Shown: positions 11,832 to 22,784, counted from the stretch's first letter. The stretch: DNA of 64,000 nucleotides from Diplonema japonicum (GCA_964019335.1 OZ025730.1:1-64000), one strand, 5' to 3'. Notes: a model not told the origin generated them from the sequence alone. Translations and numbers: made by a program.

Positions 11832-13274
11832 TTAAGGGTGAGATATTTTTTTCTTCTCCAGCATTGTCTTGATGCGAGAACGCAGCCCATGGTCGACTCG
11901 GGTTCCCTCGAGCTTGATCTCGCAGATGTTCTTGTTGGAGATGATGAGCTGGATGAGCTCCTTGCCTGCTGTGCGTGACAGGTGATTATTCGACAGATCG
12001 ACAGCTGTGACGGAAGGGTGGTCCTTCAACTCCTCAGCGAGAAGTGCGACGGACTCATTTTGAAGCCCGTTGCTGACAAGGTTCAAGGACTGCAAAGACG
12101 GCAGCCGTTGGATGATGGGAAGCAGCACCCTCAGGCCCAGGTCGCCCAGCAAATTGTACGACAAATCGAACGACTGCATTCCATCAGCATCTGCCATGCT
12201 CAGCTTTTGTAAAACGCCTGAGTTAGCCTTCACCCCAAGGTTCTTGCACTCTTTTAAGTACATATCCTTTAAAGTGACTACACTGGCGAATGCTTTATGC
12301 AGATCTTCGGGATCGTACTCAGTCAGCCTGCCTGTCACATGCTTCTTGAAATCATTGCGAAAAGAGAACCCGCCGTCCTGCGTCGAACTGTACTCCGAGA
12401 GGAACACCTGCTGCATGACAGACCAGACCATCGCCATGCCTTGGCTTCTGAAGCAACTGTTGTAGATAGTCTCCAAGCGTCTTAGCCTCTGCTCCCTATA
12501 GGTGAGCTTTGCGTCCGGCAGCTCAGGTGGTGCGGACAGCCTGTGTTCAACTTTGCTCAGTGTCTCCTGGGCCTTTTCGTTCTCGCCTTTGTTTGCGGTG
12601 TGCAGTTCCTTAATCACGAACTGTTGTTCTTGTAGTTTGTTGCTCAGTCTCTCCAGGTGCCGTTCCAGCTCCTCCTTTACAGGAGACGTCGCTGCGGGCT
12701 CCGAAAACGAGTTTTCCAAATTTTCCTTCAGCGTTGTGGCTTCTACACGAAGGTTGCGCATGAACTGCTCCAGCTTCTGCGTGGCTTTGAAGACAGCCTC
12801 TTCATACTCGGTGTGGGTATGCTGCAAGGCGCGGTACTGCTCCTCTGCGATGGCAAGCTCGTCCTCAAGTTCTTCCTTCTGGCACCTCATGTCGCGAACC
12901 TCGTACCTCAGCTCGTCGATGAAGGAGACTTGGAAGTCTCCCTTCCCCACCCTCGGGTCGTACAATGTGCTGGTATCCCCTTCGAACTTGCTCTGCGCAT
13001 GGCCCACGCTCCCCATCACCCCCTCCATCAGCACCATCAGATCTGGTTCCGTTCCTTCCTGCATTGCCGTTTTCACTGTCTCCAGCGCCTCCCGCAGCTT
13101 CTTCACAACACCTTCAAACACCGCACTGTGCTCCCTCAGCCTCCCATCTAATACATCCTCCCTCAGCACATGTCCCAGTTTCTTCCCTAGATCTCTCCTT
13201 GCCCCGCACATTATCTGGAACTGTTCCTCTTCATCCTTGGCCTCCTTCAGCCGGCTTGCGAAGCACTCGGTCAT
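11832..13274 (-). CDS. Coiled-coil plus C-terminal leucine-rich repeat (RI-like) protein
   Basis: ATG at 13274. Heptad-rich N-half; LRRs FDLSYNLLGDLG, LQSLNLVSNGL, VDLSNNHLS. Confidence 0.75.
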   Translation of the reverse strand: MTECFASRLKEAKDEEEQFQIMCGARRDLGKKLGHVLREDVLDGRLREHSAVFEGVVKKLREALETVKTAMQEGTEPDLMVLMEGVMGSVGHAQSKFEGDTSTLYDPRVGKGDFQVSFIDELRYEVRDMRCQKEELEDELAIAEEQYRALQHTHTEYEEAVFKATQKLEQFMRNLRVEATTLKENLENSFSEPAATSPVKEELERHLERLSNKLQEQQFVIKELHTANKGENEKAQETLSKVEHRLSAPPELPDAKLTYREQRLRRLETIYNSCFRSQGMAMVWSVMQQVFLSEYSSTQDGGFSFRNDFKKHVTGRLTEYDPEDLHKAFASVVTLKDMYLKECKNLGVKANSGVLQKLSMADADGMQSFDLSYNLLGDLGLRVLLPIIQRLPSLQSLNLVSNGLQNESVALLAEELKDHPSVTAVDLSNNHLSRTAGKELIQLIISNKNICEIKLEGTRVDHGLRSRIKTMLEKKKISHP

Positions 13275-13469
13275 TTTCCTGGGATAGCTGCGGGGAGGAT
13301 GGAACGAATCAAAAAGAAATAGTTTTTTTTCTTTTTTACTTCTACTGAGTCGCCCGATATCATTTGCGGGAATCTCCCGGAACAATTTTCCCCAGAGACC
13401 ATCGGGAGGTTAGTAGAGAAAAAAAAGAAGGCAAGGGAACAGTGTAGCGAGTTCTTTTTGTCTTTTTTT

Positions 13470-14186
13470 TCAACTTTTTGAGCCAGTTTTGACTATTTTC
13501 TGGGTGCTGTGCTTACCACACATCTTTTTAATAGTACTTCGTTTGTTCATCAGGAGGCAGTTGACCATGTCAGGGGTGTAGCCATGCGAAGCAAGGGCGG
13601 CCATGGAGGGGGCAGGGTCGGAGGCGGTGAGGAGGTCGGTGAAGAGGCGGCGGATGAGAGTGCTGCTCGTGTCAGGGCCTGTGGTGGAGGCGATATGAAA
13701 AGATTTGTTTTTTACTTTGTTGCTTTTAGAGTCTCGGGTGTACTGTCGCTTGAGCTTGTTTCCCTCTTCCTCTCCTCTTGGGAGACACAACTGCAAGACG
13801 TCAGGTGGTGCTGCGTACAGCCATTTAGCGGCAGCCCTATCGCTCCCTACCACAGACACCACCTTCACATTGTCATGCGGTCTCATGTCCCTCCCGCATG
13901 CCACATCAGAGCTGTAGCACGCGGCGGGCATCTTGAACCACTCATACCCCCTCTCCTCAGTTAGAAGCCGTATCATTCCCAGCCTCTCGTTGCTATCTAA
14001 GTGCGTGCCCTTCCCCCTCATCTTCCCCTCTACGTATCCATCGTTCGCGGCAGCAAATGTGCACCACAGCACCTCGTAGCCTAGCTTCTCCGCTTCTGCT
14101 TTTCCATCAGAAAGGCACTGAATGTGTCCCTGATGCACTGGGTTTAAGGCGCCACCCAGAACCACTACCGCCTGGCCTTTGGGCAT
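13470..14186 (-). CDS. HxGH nucleotidyltransferase (NMNAT/cytidylyltransferase-like), paralog 1
   Basis: VLGGALNPVHQGH (GxxNPxHxGH), VVGSD and SSTLIR motifs. Confidence 0.75.
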   Translation of the reverse strand: MPKGQAVVVLGGALNPVHQGHIQCLSDGKAEAEKLGYEVLWCTFAAANDGYVEGKMRGKGTHLDSNERLGMIRLLTEERGYEWFKMPAACYSSDVACGRDMRPHDNVKVVSVVGSDRAAAKWLYAAPPDVLQLCLPRGEEEGNKLKRQYTRDSKSNKVKNKSFHIASTTGPDTSSTLIRRLFTDLLTASDPAPSMAALASHGYTPDMVNCLLMNKRSTIKKMCGKHSTQKIVKTGSKS

Positions 14187-14583
14187 GTTAAACCTCGAGT
14201 GACACGGACTGAAAGAACATCAAACAAGAACTAGTTAGGCGTAGCTTTGTTTGTGCGCACGAGCGGGAAAAAAAAAAAAGAAAATAGCAAAAAAGAGAAA
14301 CAGAGGATTAAAAAAAAGGGCTGCATTAACGCCGAAAAAGGTTAGGTAAGCTCTGCAATCTTTTTGTTCCTCTGCTATATCTCGATCCATCCCTTTCTCA
14401 AATTGCGACCAGGTCACGAAGGGCTGGGGTGTGCTCCTTGAGCAGGCAGTTGACCATGTCAGGGGTGTAGCCATGCGAAGCAAGGGCGGCCATGGAGGGG
14501 GCAGGGTCGGAAGCGGTGAGGAGCTCGGTGAAATGGCGGCGGATGAGAGTGCTGCTCGTGTCAGGGCCTGTGGTGGAGGCGAT
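13555..14583. repeat. 140-bp near-identical direct repeat (13555-13694 and 14444-14583) shared by the tandem paralogs
   Basis: Manual alignment gives 4 mismatches in 140 nt. Confidence 0.9.
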
Positions 14584-15084
14584 GTGGAAGGACGAGCAGA
14601 CCTTACCGTGTTTCAGGTCGGAAGTGTACTGCTGCATGAGAGCATTCTTTTCCTTCTCGCCTCTTGCGAGACAGATGTGTTGTGAGCCAGGTTTGTCTGG
14701 CTTCAACCACTTATTGCTTGCTCTGTCACTGCCGACAACCACAACCACTTTCACGTCGTCATCGGGACGAAGTTTTTTCCCGCATTCCAGTGCACTGCCG
14801 TACATTGCTACGGGCATCTTGAACCAACTGTGTTTTGCCTCGCCACCAGGTTCCATTAAGGCGCTTATCACCTTCAGCCTGTCCTTCCCTTTCATGAACC
14901 CACACCCTTTCCTTTTCATCTTTTGTGCCACATATCCATCATGAGCAGGTGCCAATGTGCACCACAACACATTGTACCCCAGCTTCTCCGCTTCAGCCTT
15001 TCCGTCGATCAGGCACTGGATGTGCCCCTGATGCACGGGGTTCATTGCACTCCCAAGCACCACCACTGCACGGCCCTTGCTCAT
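14398..15084 (-). CDS. HxGH nucleotidyltransferase (NMNAT/cytidylyltransferase-like), paralog 2
   Basis: First ATG at 15084. VLGSAMNPVHQGH, VVGSD, SSTLIR; tandem paralog of 13470-14186. Confidence 0.75.
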   Translation of the reverse strand: MSKGRAVVVLGSAMNPVHQGHIQCLIDGKAEAEKLGYNVLWCTLAPAHDGYVAQKMKRKGCGFMKGKDRLKVISALMEPGGEAKHSWFKMPVAMYGSALECGKKLRPDDDVKVVVVVGSDRASNKWLKPDKPGSQHICLARGEKEKNALMQQYTSDLKHGKVCSSFHIASTTGPDTSSTLIRRHFTELLTASDPAPSMAALASHGYTPDMVNCLLKEHTPALRDLVAI

Positions 15085-15223
15085 GTTAGGCAACCTGCGT
15101 GTTGTTGGGCTTCCACGTACGAAAGAAAAAAAATAAGAGGGGAGGGGAACAAACGTGTGTTAAAAAGAAATAAGCCCTCCCCCGCGTGTCAATAGGGGGT
15201 TTTAAGGTTATATTACCCTGTGC

Positions 15224-15667
15224 TTATCCAGGGGGCCATTTCATCTGCCTCCCTCCCATGACGTGGACATGGATGTGGTACACGGACTGTGCCCCGTTCT
15301 TTCCATCATTGATGACTATCCTGTACCCATCGTCTGCGAGGCCAGCCTCTTTCGCCACCTTGGCAGCTACTACCAACAGGTGTCCTAGTAAGGCAGCATC
15401 CTCAGGGTCAGCTTTGCTCAGCTGTGTAATCTCTTTGATAGGGACCACCAACAAGTGTACAGGCGACTGGGGGTTAACGTCCTTGAACGCAACACACTTC
15501 TCGTCCTTGTGGACGAAGGAAGCAGGTATCTCCCCTCGGATTATCTTCCCAAAAATGCTGTCTCCCGTGCACTGCGCTTTGTGGGCCCGCTCGACTTCAT
15601 CCATTTTTTCTCTTTTTTCTCTCCGCAAGGCCTTTGAATAATATAAGCTTGAGACCCTGAGCAACAT
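15224..15667 (-). CDS. Histidine triad nucleotide-binding protein (HINT family)
   Basis: SIFGKIIRGEIP, AFKDVNPQSPVHLLVVP, GYRIVINDG..GAQSVYHIHVHVMGGRQMKWPPG. Alternative in-frame ATG at 15604. Confidence 0.95.
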   Translation of the reverse strand: MLLRVSSLYYSKALRREKREKMDEVERAHKAQCTGDSIFGKIIRGEIPASFVHKDEKCVAFKDVNPQSPVHLLVVPIKEITQLSKADPEDAALLGHLLVVAAKVAKEAGLADDGYRIVINDGKNGAQSVYHIHVHVMGGRQMKWPPG

Positions 15668-15694
15668 GCTAGTTATTCAAAAAAAAAGAAAACA

Positions 15695-17593
15695 TTAACT
15701 TGCAATAAGCTCAGTGGAGTCTTCTATCCAGTCTATGAGCTTCCCGAAATCCATGTCCTGGTCGGGAGGCGGAACAGGCGGTCCTGCTGATTCCTCTTCA
15801 GCAACTGGTTCCTCGTTCGTTTCAGTGGTGGAGGGCAGAGAAGGAGCGGGGGAGGGGGGCTGCTTTACGGCAACCTCGGTCTCCGCTTCAAGATCTGATC
15901 CAGGTTCCGGGCCATACTTCGAGACTAGGTCCCTGATCAGCTGCTCGAGGCCTTTGCCATTGTGGTAAGTGTTGACAAGATGGTCCACGCCCGACAGCTT
16001 ATCAGGGTTATACTTCTTGTAAATACTTCTCACGCGCTCCACGAGCAATGGGTCGGGTGCTGCTGCTGCGGATTCTTCGCTCGGCTCAGGGCCGTACTTC
16101 TCAACGAGATCCCTGATCAGCTGCTCGAGGCCCTTGTCCTTGTCGTTGTGGTAGAGGTTCACTAGATTGTCCACGCCGCTCAACTTCTCGGGGCAGTACC
16201 TCCGGTAAATGTTACGGACGCGCTCGATGAGCGCAGGGTCCGGGTCGGGAATAGGGGTAAGGACAGGGAGAGGGACGGGAACAGAGGGAGAAGGGGACGG
16301 AGAAGTAGAGGAAGGAGAGGGTGATATTATAGTCACCTGCGTCTCCGCGACAATGCCATGCGACACATTATGCGAAGTGAGAAACGCTGCGAGGGACCCG
16401 AGGTCCGCATGCGTAGCAGCCGTAACGGTGATGGTGTCGGGCGACAAATTAAATGCGAAGACCAAGTCAAGGTTCGTGTGGCTGACAGCGCTGATGTCCG
16501 CAAAAAACCGGACGAAGCTGAAAAAGTTCACACACAGAACACCCTCGTGTTTGTGAAACCACACCAACTTGTCGTGTTCATCTTTGAACGAAAACAGCGC
16601 CTCCCCCGCGGCCCAGACCACCCACGGAGGGTTCACGACTGGAACAGGCACCGACGGGGGTGGCGGGGGTGCGTTGTCTGGACGTGGGGAATAGTCGGGA
16701 TGCCTCCACGGAGGGAACATTTGTGTGTTGCTACTGTGGTATCCGTTCCATGTCGCTAGGTACGGCTTCTCGTACACCGCAACGGTTTTACTGAACAGTT
16801 CACTGGGGTCCGGGAAGGTGGCAACAATAACAGGCAGCGTGGGTATCTTGGGCTTCTTCCTTGCCTCAAAGAACTCGTACAAACAACCACGAGCATCGAA
16901 CCCTTTATTACACCGCGCACTCCACGTCGTCAACCCGTAGTACACGTCGATCTGGTACTTCAAGACGAGCGCGTACTTCACAGCTTCACGCATTTCCGAG
17001 CTGTGATATATCTGCATCACCTTCGGGACAGACGCGACCTTTTCAGGAAAGTGCGTCGTGTAGTACTGTGTGATCCATTGTGTGGTTTTCTTTACGGAGT
17101 AGCTTGTGCGCAGTCTGATGAAGTTGGTCATCTTTGGCAGTGTTATCGGTTTGAACGTATCCATCAAGGTGGAGAGGCTCGTGAGGAGGTACTGCAGCGA
17201 TAGGGTTTCATGTTTCATGTAGATGGCAAGCACACGTTCACGCTCCGACAGGTAAGTGGTACGGTGCTGTTGGTCAAGCTTTGCGACTTGTGGTGCGTAC
17301 GCGCCAAATGGCGAATCTTCTGTGGGCTTTCCTGGGGTTTTCAAGATCTTCTCGGCCGCAGCTATGGGGTTCTCCGTCTTGCCTGTAAAGTTGAGCAGGC
17401 CGTGTACAGCGTCCCACATCAAACCCCACCCCTTGTACTTTGGGTACAACTTGTCCATGTTCATAAACAGTTCCTGATCACTGTCTTTATACGTGTTCAT
17501 AACGTTCATCACCTCTGCTTTCCCCAGCATCTTCTTGTCCACCATCTTCACATAGCTGTCAAGCTTTTTTGCGCTGTCAGCCTTTGCCTCCAT
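15695..17593 (-). CDS. Uncharacterised protein with helical 'KYGPEP' repeats
   Basis: 632 aa. Two conserved repeats (ERVR.IY..Y.P.KLSGVD.LV..YH....LEQLIRDLV.KYGPEP) at about 15900-16245, plus degenerate copies in the N-half. Confidence 0.75.
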   Translation of the reverse strand: MEAKADSAKKLDSYVKMVDKKMLGKAEVMNVMNTYKDSDQELFMNMDKLYPKYKGWGLMWDAVHGLLNFTGKTENPIAAAEKILKTPGKPTEDSPFGAYAPQVAKLDQQHRTTYLSERERVLAIYMKHETLSLQYLLTSLSTLMDTFKPITLPKMTNFIRLRTSYSVKKTTQWITQYYTTHFPEKVASVPKVMQIYHSSEMREAVKYALVLKYQIDVYYGLTTWSARCNKGFDARGCLYEFFEARKKPKIPTLPVIVATFPDPSELFSKTVAVYEKPYLATWNGYHSSNTQMFPPWRHPDYSPRPDNAPPPPPSVPVPVVNPPWVVWAAGEALFSFKDEHDKLVWFHKHEGVLCVNFFSFVRFFADISAVSHTNLDLVFAFNLSPDTITVTAATHADLGSLAAFLTSHNVSHGIVAETQVTIISPSPSSTSPSPSPSVPVPLPVLTPIPDPDPALIERVRNIYRRYCPEKLSGVDNLVNLYHNDKDKGLEQLIRDLVEKYGPEPSEESAAAAPDPLLVERVRSIYKKYNPDKLSGVDHLVNTYHNGKGLEQLIRDLVSKYGPEPGSDLEAETEVAVKQPPSPAPSLPSTTETNEEPVAEEESAGPPVPPPDQDMDFGKLIDWIEDSTELIAS

Positions 17594-17921
17594 TTTTTGC
17601 CCCCTTCCTATGCTGAAAAGTCTCGAAAGAGGAAAGAAAAAAAAGGGGGGGACACCAAAAAAATACCGTTAAAGCTAGTTGCAAGAGGGGGAAGGGGGGA
17701 GGATGTCATTTTCTTTTTTTTTCTATGTTGCACACACTACGCCCGCATACCTACACGGGAAGGGGGGAGGGGGGGTGTATGGCCCCTTAACATGACATCC
17801 ATTCATGGTTGAAGCACAAATAGAGCAATCACATTGGCTGAAGACAGAATAAATAAGAAGAACTGAAATGAAATCATAACGTATTATCAGCTAGGCGTGA
17901 GTAGTGTACAAAAAGGGTTAC

Positions 17922-20900
17922 TTAGAACTGCAAAAAGTCAGGGGTGGGTTCTGGTGGAGGGGGCGGCGGCGGGGGCATGCCCTGTGGGTGAGGTGCTTAA
18001 GGCTTGAACACATACCATTGTTGCTGGGTCCGCGTAATTATGGGGAGGGGGCTGCCAGTAGTTCTGCTGCGGTTGCTGCTGTGGCTGGGTCTGAATAGGA
18101 GGTGGGGGCGGGACTTGCATTTGTACGTGTGGAGGGTAGCCATAGGTTTGCCCTACCTGGGCTTGAGCCTGCAACTGAGCCTGTGCCTGTGCCTGTGCCT
18201 GTTGAGCTTGGGCTTGGGCTTGGGCTTGGGCTTGGGCTTGGGCTTGGGCTTGAGCTTGAGCTTGAGCAGCATGTACCTGTTGTTGCTGCCTTACTTGCTC
18301 AGCTCTTCTCTGCTGCTCTAACTGGAGTTGTTGCTGTTGCTGTTGCTCTAACTGGAGTTGTTGTTGCTGCTGTTGCTGCTGCTGCTGCTCAGCCCGTTTT
18401 TGTTGCTCCAATGCTTGTTGCTGTTGAAGTTGCTGCTGTTGAAGCTGCTGCTGCTGCTGTTGCTGCAGCTGGAGTTGCTGCTGAAGCTGTTGTTGCTGTT
18501 GCTGCTGTTGCGCCTGCAGCTGTTGCTGCTGAATGTGTTGCTGCTGCTGTTGCTGTGCTTGCAACTCTTGTTGCTGCTTTATCCGCTGAGCTTGCAGCTG
18601 CTGCTGAAGCTGCTGCTGCTGTAGCAGCAACTGTTGTGAGGCAGGTGATTGAGCCACTGGCTGAGGTGGCGAAGGCTGAGCAGCTTGAGGTGTTTGTTGT
18701 TGTGGCTGCAATTGTTGGTGCACCACGGCCTGAGGGGGTACTTGCTGCTGTGCAACGTGTGGGGGTGAAGCTGCTCGAGGAGGAACCTGATGCTGAGCCC
18801 CTTGTTGGGAAACTCGCTGCTGGTGCTGCTGCATCATCAGCACTTGTTGGGCGGCCAACTTCTTCTGTCTCTCGTCACTGAGATGGAATATACGACATTT
18901 ACAAACATACGCTAAGCGTCTTGTTTCCTCACTATTCTTTTCAGCTTCCTCCGTTGCAGCGACAAGCTGCTTGGTTTTCTCCTGAAGCTCTTTCGCAACT
19001 TCGGCCTGCAGAACATGACGTGGACTCGGTGATGCATACCTCCTTAACGCGACTGTCTCTGTCTTTGTATCTCTCCACCACGAACTGGTCAACTTTGCTA
19101 CGCAGCCTCCCTGCCGTCTGAGTCAGCTGTGAAAATGGGTGTGAGATGTGAGCTGTGGGCATACATCACTGTAGTCACTCACAGCAACCTGTGCTTCCTG
19201 CTTCGTTTCGAACACAAACGTGCATGCCATCACTAGCCTCTGCACAACACGCTCTGCTGTCGGGCTCAGCTGAACGCCGCCCGCTACGTGACGGTTGAAC
19301 TCATCAGCCAGTGACTGCAGCTGCCGCATCAGGTTGCTTGCCTTGTGGCAAGACTCGGTTATCTCGCTCTGCATGGATCGGTAGGACACAGCAGCATCTT
19401 CGACCTGTAATTGTGCTGCCTTGAGCTGCCCACATACCGCTTGCTGCCGGTCGCTACTGTTGCCCAACTGCAACAGCGTCTGCGTGAGCTGGTCGGTGTC
19501 TGGCTTCTGCCGAAACTCTTGGAGGCTTACCTATCGGCGAGTGTGCATAACGAAGAGCACAGTATACCTGAAGCACAGCCTCCAACTCGTCGATGCAGTC
19601 CACCAACTCGTGGATCCTTTTGATAAGCGATGCCATCTGGTGGTCGGTCTCGCTGGGCTGCAAAGGTGTGACGTCGCATCATTAACGCTAACATACCGGG
19701 CACTGCGAGAGGGCGAGGTTCACCTCCGAGATGCTCACATCGATGCGCTCGACGATTTCTTTGTTGCTGCTGAGCTTCAAAGCGAGTGCTTTGCAGAGCG
19801 GCTCGTGGCCGTTCAGTTTTATTTGAACATCTGTGAGCGCGCTGCGCAGGGCCTCCATCTCTGTCAGCAGCTTGTGGGTGTTGGGAAGCATTGTCCCGTA
19901 CTTTTCACGCGCTTGCTTCTCCGCAATGGTGTCGTCTTCCATCTTCTTCAGCGATTGCTTCATGTATTCCACCCCTGGGCGTGCCGACGGAGGGATCTGC
20001 GCAAGAAGGGACTCCAGATACGCGTAGCACCCGTCATTCCCTTCACGTTGTAGGCCCAGCACCTTCTGTTGCAAGGACTCCGGAAGCTGGCGCGACATCT
20101 GAGCGTCATAAGCCTGGACAGTGGCGTTTATCTCGCCGTACCCCATCCCACGGAAGGTGTTGCGCACCTGGTTGCACGTCTGCGACACAAACGCCTCGAT
20201 GTCGTTCTTGAAGGTGTCGACCATCGAGCAGACCTCCTCCGGCACCAAGCTGGAGAAGGGGTCCGTGTTCATCATGAAGGCGTTGCTGAAGGCGATGGGC
20301 TTCACAAACGATTTCCCCAACGTGGGCAGCTCGGGCGCTTCTTTCGAAACCCTCTCGTTGTAGATCTTGTTGTTGTCGGTCACCGCTTTGGTGCGGAGCC
20401 TCGTGACGAGCTCAGCTTGGGTTCGCACACATAAATTGTACTGTTTATCGGTCATTTCGCCTGCCTTTCGGTCAGCTGTGACAAGGTGCTGAAGCGCTGC
20501 TGTCAAACATGTGATCTCCTTCCCACACTCCTCGGCAGCGTGATGTTCCTCGGAGAGGTGCACGTAGCTTCTTGCTTTCATGGCTGCACTGGCCGCAGTG
20601 AGGTATGCTTCATAGTCATGAGGGGCTGGTTTTGCAGCTTCAAGAAGAAGCGCAAGGGCTTGGCTGTACTGAGACGACGTGACCGAAGCAAGCTTGGCAA
20701 GCAGCGAATATTTTGTCTTGGTAGCTTCTTCAAGACGGGCCTTGGTATAGCTGCATTTCAACGCCTCAGCAAGGCAGTACTCGACCAGGAAGGACAGCCC
20801 TCGTGGGGTTAAGTCAGTCGATGCGGAGGTGGGAACCGCTTCTGATTGGACCCATTCGAATATTCCTGCCGCTGCTTGGTACTGCCGATAGGCTACCTTG

Positions 20901-21301
20901 ACCCCCTCGGGGGTTTCAAGAGGCTGCTCACTTGCGAGCTTCATGAGGAGAGTGCCAGCTGCAAGTACTGTAGAGTATCCTTCAAACTGCAGTGTTGAGC
21001 CTTTGACCATTTGGCCGCTTAGTGAGTCTTTCCAGGTGAAGGCGGTTCCGTCGTATTCGGCAAACCGGTTTGAGGCCTGTAGCACCAGGCCAGCGTAAGG
21101 TAGCAGTTTGCCCTCTACCCCTGCTTCAGTGAAGTCTTTGAAATTCGAGACTTCTTTGCTCAGCCCTTGAAGCTGTTGAAGTGCGCCATCGTGGCTGTCA
21201 GCTTGTTCTTGTGAGTATGTCTCCTTGAGATAGTTTTTCAAAGACTTCCAGTCACAAGATTTGCAGGTCTTCATGACCACCGGGCCCATCACTTCATTCA
21301 T
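17922..21301 (-). CDS. BRO1-domain ESCRT-associated protein (ALIX/Bro1/HD-PTP-like) with Q/P-rich tail, 7 exons (1054 aa)
   Basis: BRO1 motifs FTWKDS, LQFE, YQAAAGIF, DLT, LAEA, LLAKLA, DNNKIY, DPFSSLVP. Introns 19658-19696, 19531-19567, 19127-19164, 19006-19039, 18878-18910 and 17982-18015 (39, 37, 38, 34, 33, 34 nt). Spliced CDS 3165 nt ending GMPPPPPPPPEPTPDFLQF*. Confidence 0.85.
18170..18840 (-). repeat. Coding CAG/CAA (polyQ) and GCCCAA/GCTCAA (QA) microsatellite region
   Basis: Directly visible trinucleotide and hexanucleotide repeats within exon 6 of the BRO1 gene. Confidence 0.9.
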
Positions 21302-22784
21302 TATGTAATTTTTTTTTTCTTTTTTTTTTTTCTTCCCTGTAAGAGCGATCTCACAAAAAAAAAAAAAAAAAAACTACGGAATAAAAAAAAAAAAAATAAT
21401 AAGGGGATAATTTTTCAAATTCTTTTTTTTTTTTTAAAGCACAAAGAGACAAATATAAAAAAAAAAAGGAGGTGGGGGAAGGGAAACATATACAACAAAA
21501 TAAAATGAAAAGAAAAAAAAACTTGACAAAAAAAAACCCCCCCCTTCCTCTCAACTCTATATTCTTTTCCTTCCCTCCCCCCCCCTTATTCCAAGAAGAA
21601 CAACAGCAGAGCTGTCTCTTCATAAACCAATTGTGTTTTCTATTCTTCATTTCCCCTATTTATTTTATTATATGGGCCTTCTTTTATAACTATACGTGTG
21701 TCTTATTACTCAAAAAAGAACCTTAGGCTATTAAATAGACGTAATACTGCGCTTTTCGCGCCTCATGGGCCAAAAGGGTTTTCATTTTCTTTTTTTAAAT
21801 CTTTTTTTTATTTTCATTTTATTTTTGCGTGGGGGAAGAAAAAAAACAGAAGAAAAAAAAAACCAAGGAAAAGAGCCGAGATTAAAAAAAAGGAGGGTCC
21901 CTGCTCCAAAACACCACTCCTTGACTTTAAAGAGGAAGGGGGGGGGGGGGGGGGGGGGATGCATTTTTGAAAGGAGGGGAAAAAAAGGTTTATCCTGTTT
22001 TTTTTTTCTTTCTTTTTCGCTGCTTTCATCAACAAGTGCTCACGATGTGTTTCAGTCTAGAGGGTGAATACGGACAGGATAGGGAAGAGGGACGGGGGGG
22101 GGGGGGGGGTAGTAAACTCTATTTTCTTTTTTTTTTCACTCTCGTTTCCTTTCTTGATTTAGTATTTTATTTGTTCCTTTCCCTCCCCCCCCCTTTTTTT
22201 TCTGAAACACTACAGCACATAATTAAAAAAAAAGACAATGTAGGTAGCGGGAAAAAAAAAAAAAGAGATCCAAAATCACTACACGTGTTACAAAAGGGGG
22301 CGTACAGGAAACACGTGGGCGATTGCTCTTCTTTTCTTTTGTTTTCTTCACAGGGCTTTCGGGGGGGAGCAGAATAATATAAAAGCTCAATAGAAAGCAG
22401 AAGCCGAGAGGAGGGGGAAGGGGAAATATTGAAAAAGCAATGACGCCACAAAGAGGATATAGGGGGGGGAGAGCAGAGTGCAGCGAAGACACTTTCTTGG
22501 TTTTGGTTGTTACCTTTTTTTTTTTTTTTTTTTTTGTCGTTGTTCCTTATTCACTTTTTTCTTTTTTTTTTCTGATTCAAGAAAAATCGGGGGGGAATTA
22601 AAAAAAAAACAACAAAGAAAAGGTGTGAAACGGAAATGGTGACGGGGGGGGGGGGGGGGGGGGGGGAACTACTGTAGAACTGAAACCACCTATTCTTTTT
22701 TAGTTGACAGTGTGCGGAAAAAAAAAAAGGAAAAGGAAAAAAAAAAAAAAAAATATGATTTACAAAGGATAAAGTCTTTCTCTT

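Noticed and set aside
13470-15667. NAD/nucleotide-metabolism cluster (two NMNAT-like genes, HINT and a distant PARP-like gene)
   Set aside because: The NMNAT pair is explained by tandem duplication, and other neighbours are functionally unrelated, so adjacency is weak evidence.
17938-19700. Fragmented ORFs suggesting pseudogenes or programmed frameshifts (also the desaturase, MTase, MCCC2, IDE, TOG and kinase genes)
   Set aside because: Every break is bridged by a GT..AG intron that yields an in-frame CDS with restored motifs.
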